Below, one piece after another: positions 29,692 to 32,000 of a stretch of 32,000 nucleotides of DNA (its first letter is position 1; each line of letters begins with the position of its first letter). Location: positions 1,590,001 to 1,622,000 of the forward strand of contig NC_014972.1 in the NCBI RefSeq assembly GCF_000186885.1, written 5' to 3'. This DNA comes from Desulfobulbus propionicus DSM 2032. GTDB lineage: Bacteria > Desulfobacterota > Desulfobulbia > Desulfobulbales > Desulfobulbaceae. The notes beneath the pieces were generated by a model. That model searched no databases, was not told where the DNA came from, and saw only the letters and a program-made list of their open reading frames with translations. Position numbers and translations under genes: made by a program.

Positions 29692-31260
29692 TCACGTTCG
29701 TCTCAATCCGCCGGTCTTCGTTTGGACGGAATGATGAATGACCTGATTTCTCCCCAGTTTCTTGGCCGCATACAGAGCCGTGTCAGCCATGCCGATCAGA
29801 TCGTTTTTGCTGCATGCGGTCTCGGCGGGCCGGACAGTGGCCGCTCCGATGCTGACGGTAACCCGGAAATGGCGTTCTCCGTTGAAAAAATCGTGGTCGG
29901 CGATAGCGTTGCATAACTTCCTGGCCACGGTCACCGCCCCTTCCGCATCGGTTTCCGGCAGGATAAAGGCGAATTCCTCGCCGCCGTAGCGGGCCATCAG
30001 ATCGTACTCGCGAATCGCGGTCTGCGCTACCTGGCATAGTTCCTTGAGAATGAAATCGCCGATCTGGTGTCCGTTGACGTCGTTGAATTTCTTGAAGTGG
30101 TCGATGTCCGCCAACAAAAGGGAGAGCGGCGCATGATTGCGGATGGCCCGATTGATTTCCGAGTGAAGGGAATGATGGAAAAAACGATGGTTGCTGATCT
30201 CGGTCAACCCGTCGAGGTTGGCCAGCTTTTCCAGCAGGCGGTTCCGCTCGGTCAACTGCCGTCGTATCTGTTCCAGCGCGGTCTTGGCCTGGGTCAGTTC
30301 GCGGTGCATCGCTTCATAACTGAGATGAAGCAAGCTGAGTCGGATATTGGCCTCCTGGATGATCTCGGCCACCGGTCGCAACGAGGTGATGTTCACCCCA
30401 AAAAAGCGGGCTGATTTTTCGATTTCCCGGTTGATGATCTTGAGGATGGTCTTGATTTTCACGTCTTCCAGGCCGAGCAGCCGATGGGCGTGGTCCACAA
30501 ACTGGCGGTGAAATCGCTCGGGATGAACGGAAAAGAAAATCCTGGTGACCAGCGCGGACAAGTGAGTGATTTTAATGGCCAGATCCTCTTTCGGATCCGT
30601 ACCGGGGTAGGCAAGGGGATCGTGATGGTAGCGGATGGCGGCTAGAATGGGGGAGGGGAGTGCCCATAAACGGCCAATTTCAGCGCCAGAGATGGTGTGT
30701 GTCAGGCCAATATATTCTTCTTCCAAGGAAAGTTCGCACACCTCGGCTGAACCAGCCGTCAGGTGCTGTGTTAGCCGGTCGTAACGCCTGGGGATTGTGA
30801 GCGCGAAGATTAAACAACCGATATCCTGCAGCAAACCAATGGTAAACATTTCCTCGGGGTCCATCCGCCCGGTCTGTTCGGCAAGCAGGCGAGCGGCTGT
30901 CGCGCCAACCAGCGAGCGTTCCCAGAATTGATTGAGATCAAACCGATCGTGGGACTGTGCCTCTCCCATGGAGAGAAAAGTGAAACTCAGGACCAGGCTG
31001 CGCACCGCGTTGATCCCCAGCAGGGAGACAGCTTGACTGATCGAGCCGATCTTTTGCGGAAAACAATACAAGGCGGAATTGGCGACCTTGAGAATTCTGG
31101 CTGAAAGTGCCATGTCCTGGGCGATGAGGGTTGTCAGGTCAGGAAAAGAAATGTCGTCCTGTGAGGTAACTTCGAGGACCTTGGCGGCAACAGCTGGAAG
31201 TGTCGGCAGCGAGGCGGAGGAGAGAATCGCGTTAAGCGCTTTGTTGAGTGGCGTGGACAT
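29692..31260 (-). CDS. HDOD domain-containing diguanylate cyclase (HDOD + coiled coil + GGDEF)
   Basis: N-terminal HDOD (LPTLPAVAAKVLEVTSQDDISFPDLTTLIAQDMALSARILKVANSALY ... HH). C-terminal GGDEF (DGLTEISNHRFF, ADIDHFKKFND, RYGGEEFAFILPETD) with an RxxD I-site (REYD) 5 residues upstream of GGEEF. Confidence 0.9.
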   Translation of the reverse strand: MSTPLNKALNAILSSASLPTLPAVAAKVLEVTSQDDISFPDLTTLIAQDMALSARILKVANSALYCFPQKIGSISQAVSLLGINAVRSLVLSFTFLSMGEAQSHDRFDLNQFWERSLVGATAARLLAEQTGRMDPEEMFTIGLLQDIGCLIFALTIPRRYDRLTQHLTAGSAEVCELSLEEEYIGLTHTISGAEIGRLWALPSPILAAIRYHHDPLAYPGTDPKEDLAIKITHLSALVTRIFFSVHPERFHRQFVDHAHRLLGLEDVKIKTILKIINREIEKSARFFGVNITSLRPVAEIIQEANIRLSLLHLSYEAMHRELTQAKTALEQIRRQLTERNRLLEKLANLDGLTEISNHRFFHHSLHSEINRAIRNHAPLSLLLADIDHFKKFNDVNGHQIGDFILKELCQVAQTAIREYDLMARYGGEEFAFILPETDAEGAVTVARKLCNAIADHDFFNGERHFRVTVSIGAATVRPAETACSKNDLIGMADTALYAAKKLGRNQVIHHSVQTKTGGLRRT

Positions 31261-31659
31261 GACCGATGCTGTCGTTCGTGCGAGTCGGAATGGACAGGGT
31301 GGTAGCCTAACGAGAAAAAAGATTTTTTTATATCACGCCGTTCCCTGATTTGCTTCTCTCTTTTTGATGGCAGCCGCATTTAATCAAAACCGAACAGGAA
31401 TCATGGCGAAGGAATGCTGAAGGAACGCAATTATCGAGGAAACCTGTCATGGCCGGTAACGCCTTGTGAGACATGCGAAAAAAAGAGTGTTGCTGGGTAA
31501 CGAGACAGGTTGGGGTGAAAGGAGGGGATGAAAAAAATCGACATGAAAAATCAACGGACTGCCAACAAAAACCAAGAAAATGGGAGAGCTGGTAAACAAA
31601 AGTCTTGCGAAGGCTGCTTGAATTTGTCTTGACACTCTAATTGTTTGCTGGTATTTGAC

Positions 31660-31688
31660 TTGCGGTTTTCAGCGGTATGCTGTATAAA
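31660..31688 (+). promoter_or_regulatory. Possible sigma-70 promoter for tRNA-Val(GAC)/thrS (TTGCGG-N17-TATAAA)
   Basis: TATAAA at 31683-31688 lies 25 nt before the tRNA 5' end. The -35 is weak; better TTGACA/TTGACT hexamers at 31629 and 31655 are mis-spaced. Confidence 0.3.
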
Positions 31689-31713
31689 AGCCATTCCAAA
31701 CATCAAATGATGT

Positions 31714-31788
31714 AGGCGCGTAGCTCAGTGGGAGAGCGCTACCTTGACGTGGTAGATGTCGTCGGTTCGACCCCGTCCGCGCCTACCA
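31714..31788 (+). tRNA. tRNA-Val (anticodon GAC)
   Basis: AGGCGCG-TA-GCTC-AGTGGGA-GAGC-G-CTACC-TTGACGT-GGTAG-ATGTC-GTCGG-TTCGACC-CCGTC-CGCGCCT-A-CCA. There is one U-U mismatch in the T-stem. CCA encoded. Confidence 0.85.
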
Positions 31789-31795
31789 ATTTTTC

Positions 31796-31840
31796 AAAGG
31801 CTAGGATGCAGATTTATCTGCTCATTAGCCTTTCCTTTTT
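31796..31840 (+). terminator. Hairpin plus T-tract between tRNA-Val and thrS (terminator or thrS leader structure)
   Basis: Outer stem AAAGGCTA/TAGCCTTT (31796-31803 / 31826-31833) and inner stem GCAG/CTGC, followed by CCTTTTT. It ends 9 nt before the thrS ATG. Confidence 0.5.
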
Positions 31841-31849
31841 ACAGGCACG

Positions 31850-32000
31850 ATGGCAGAGATATCGGTTTCCTTACAAGACGGTGAAAATAAGTCGTTTCCG
31901 CTGGGGACAGCAGTCGCGGATGTGCTCAAGGATCTGGTTTCCGGTAAGCAGCGCAAGCAGACCGTGGCGGTGAAGTGCGACGGTCGTCTGCTGGATTTAT
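31850..32000 (+). CDS. thrS: Threonine--tRNA ligase, N-terminal fragment (TGS domain); continues beyond the window
   Basis: The frame from ATG 31850 reads MAEISVSLQDGENKSFPLGTAVADVLKDLVSGKQRKQTVAVKCDGRLLDL. This matches the ThrRS N-terminal TGS pattern (I.v.LpDG....f..g.t..dva..is..l.k..vA.kv.g.l.DL). It is open to the window end and is not in the ORF track because no stop is present. Confidence 0.75.
   Translation, partial: MAEISVSLQDGENKSFPLGTAVADVLKDLVSGKQRKQTVAVKCDGRLLDL

Noticed and set aside
31134-31635. Minus-strand ORFs 31134..31379 (81 aa) and 31447..31635 (62 aa) in the GGDEF-tRNA spacer.
   Set aside because: No SD. The first overlaps the 5' end of the HDOD-GGDEF gene out of frame. 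The translations are low-complexity (Ser/Pro/Arg/Phe-rich) with no motifs.

Overview
GC-rich bacterial chromosomal window. The gene content (multihaem cytochrome, several sigma-54/c-di-GMP/chemoreceptor signalling genes, trp operon) fits a Desulfobacterota/deltaproteobacterial-type genome, but I cannot verify the taxon. No mobile elements, CRISPR arrays or rRNA genes were seen.

Layout, left to right:
- A flavodoxin-fold NAD(P)H dehydrogenase (-) and tRNA-Thr(CGT) (-).
- A nine-haem lipoprotein cytochrome c followed 6 nt later by rlpA (+).
- A trpE-G-D-C-F operon (-) lacking trpBA, then rpsT (-) with a clear promoter and terminator.
- A secreted two-module pentapeptide-repeat protein and a small charged secreted protein (-).
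- A tRNA-Val(TAC)/tRNA-Asp(GTC) operon (-) with promoter and terminator.
- A 13.7 kb same-strand signalling array (+): unorthodox HK-REC-Hpt kinase; NtrC-type sigma-54 activator; palindromic enhancer sites plus a -24/-12 promoter; a 74-aa NHLP/Nif11-leader-like protein; a Cache-HAMP-PAS-GGDEF-EAL protein; a dCache MCP; a PAS/GAF hybrid kinase.
- On the minus strand: an HDOD-GGDEF cyclase, a dihaem cytochrome c peroxidase, and a translationally coupled DUF2339/DUF3999 pair.
- tRNA-Val(GAC), a hairpin with T-tract, and the 5' end of thrS (+).

Most interesting candidates:
1. The self-contained sigma-54 enhancer/promoter module driving an orphan RiPP-leader-like mini-protein at the head of the c-di-GMP/chemoreceptor/kinase genes.
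2. The DUF2339-DUF3999 membrane pair downstream of the peroxidase.
3. The nonahaem lipoprotein cytochrome with a haem-free C-terminal domain.

All functional calls come from motif recognition by eye and from memory of protein families. No searches were run.
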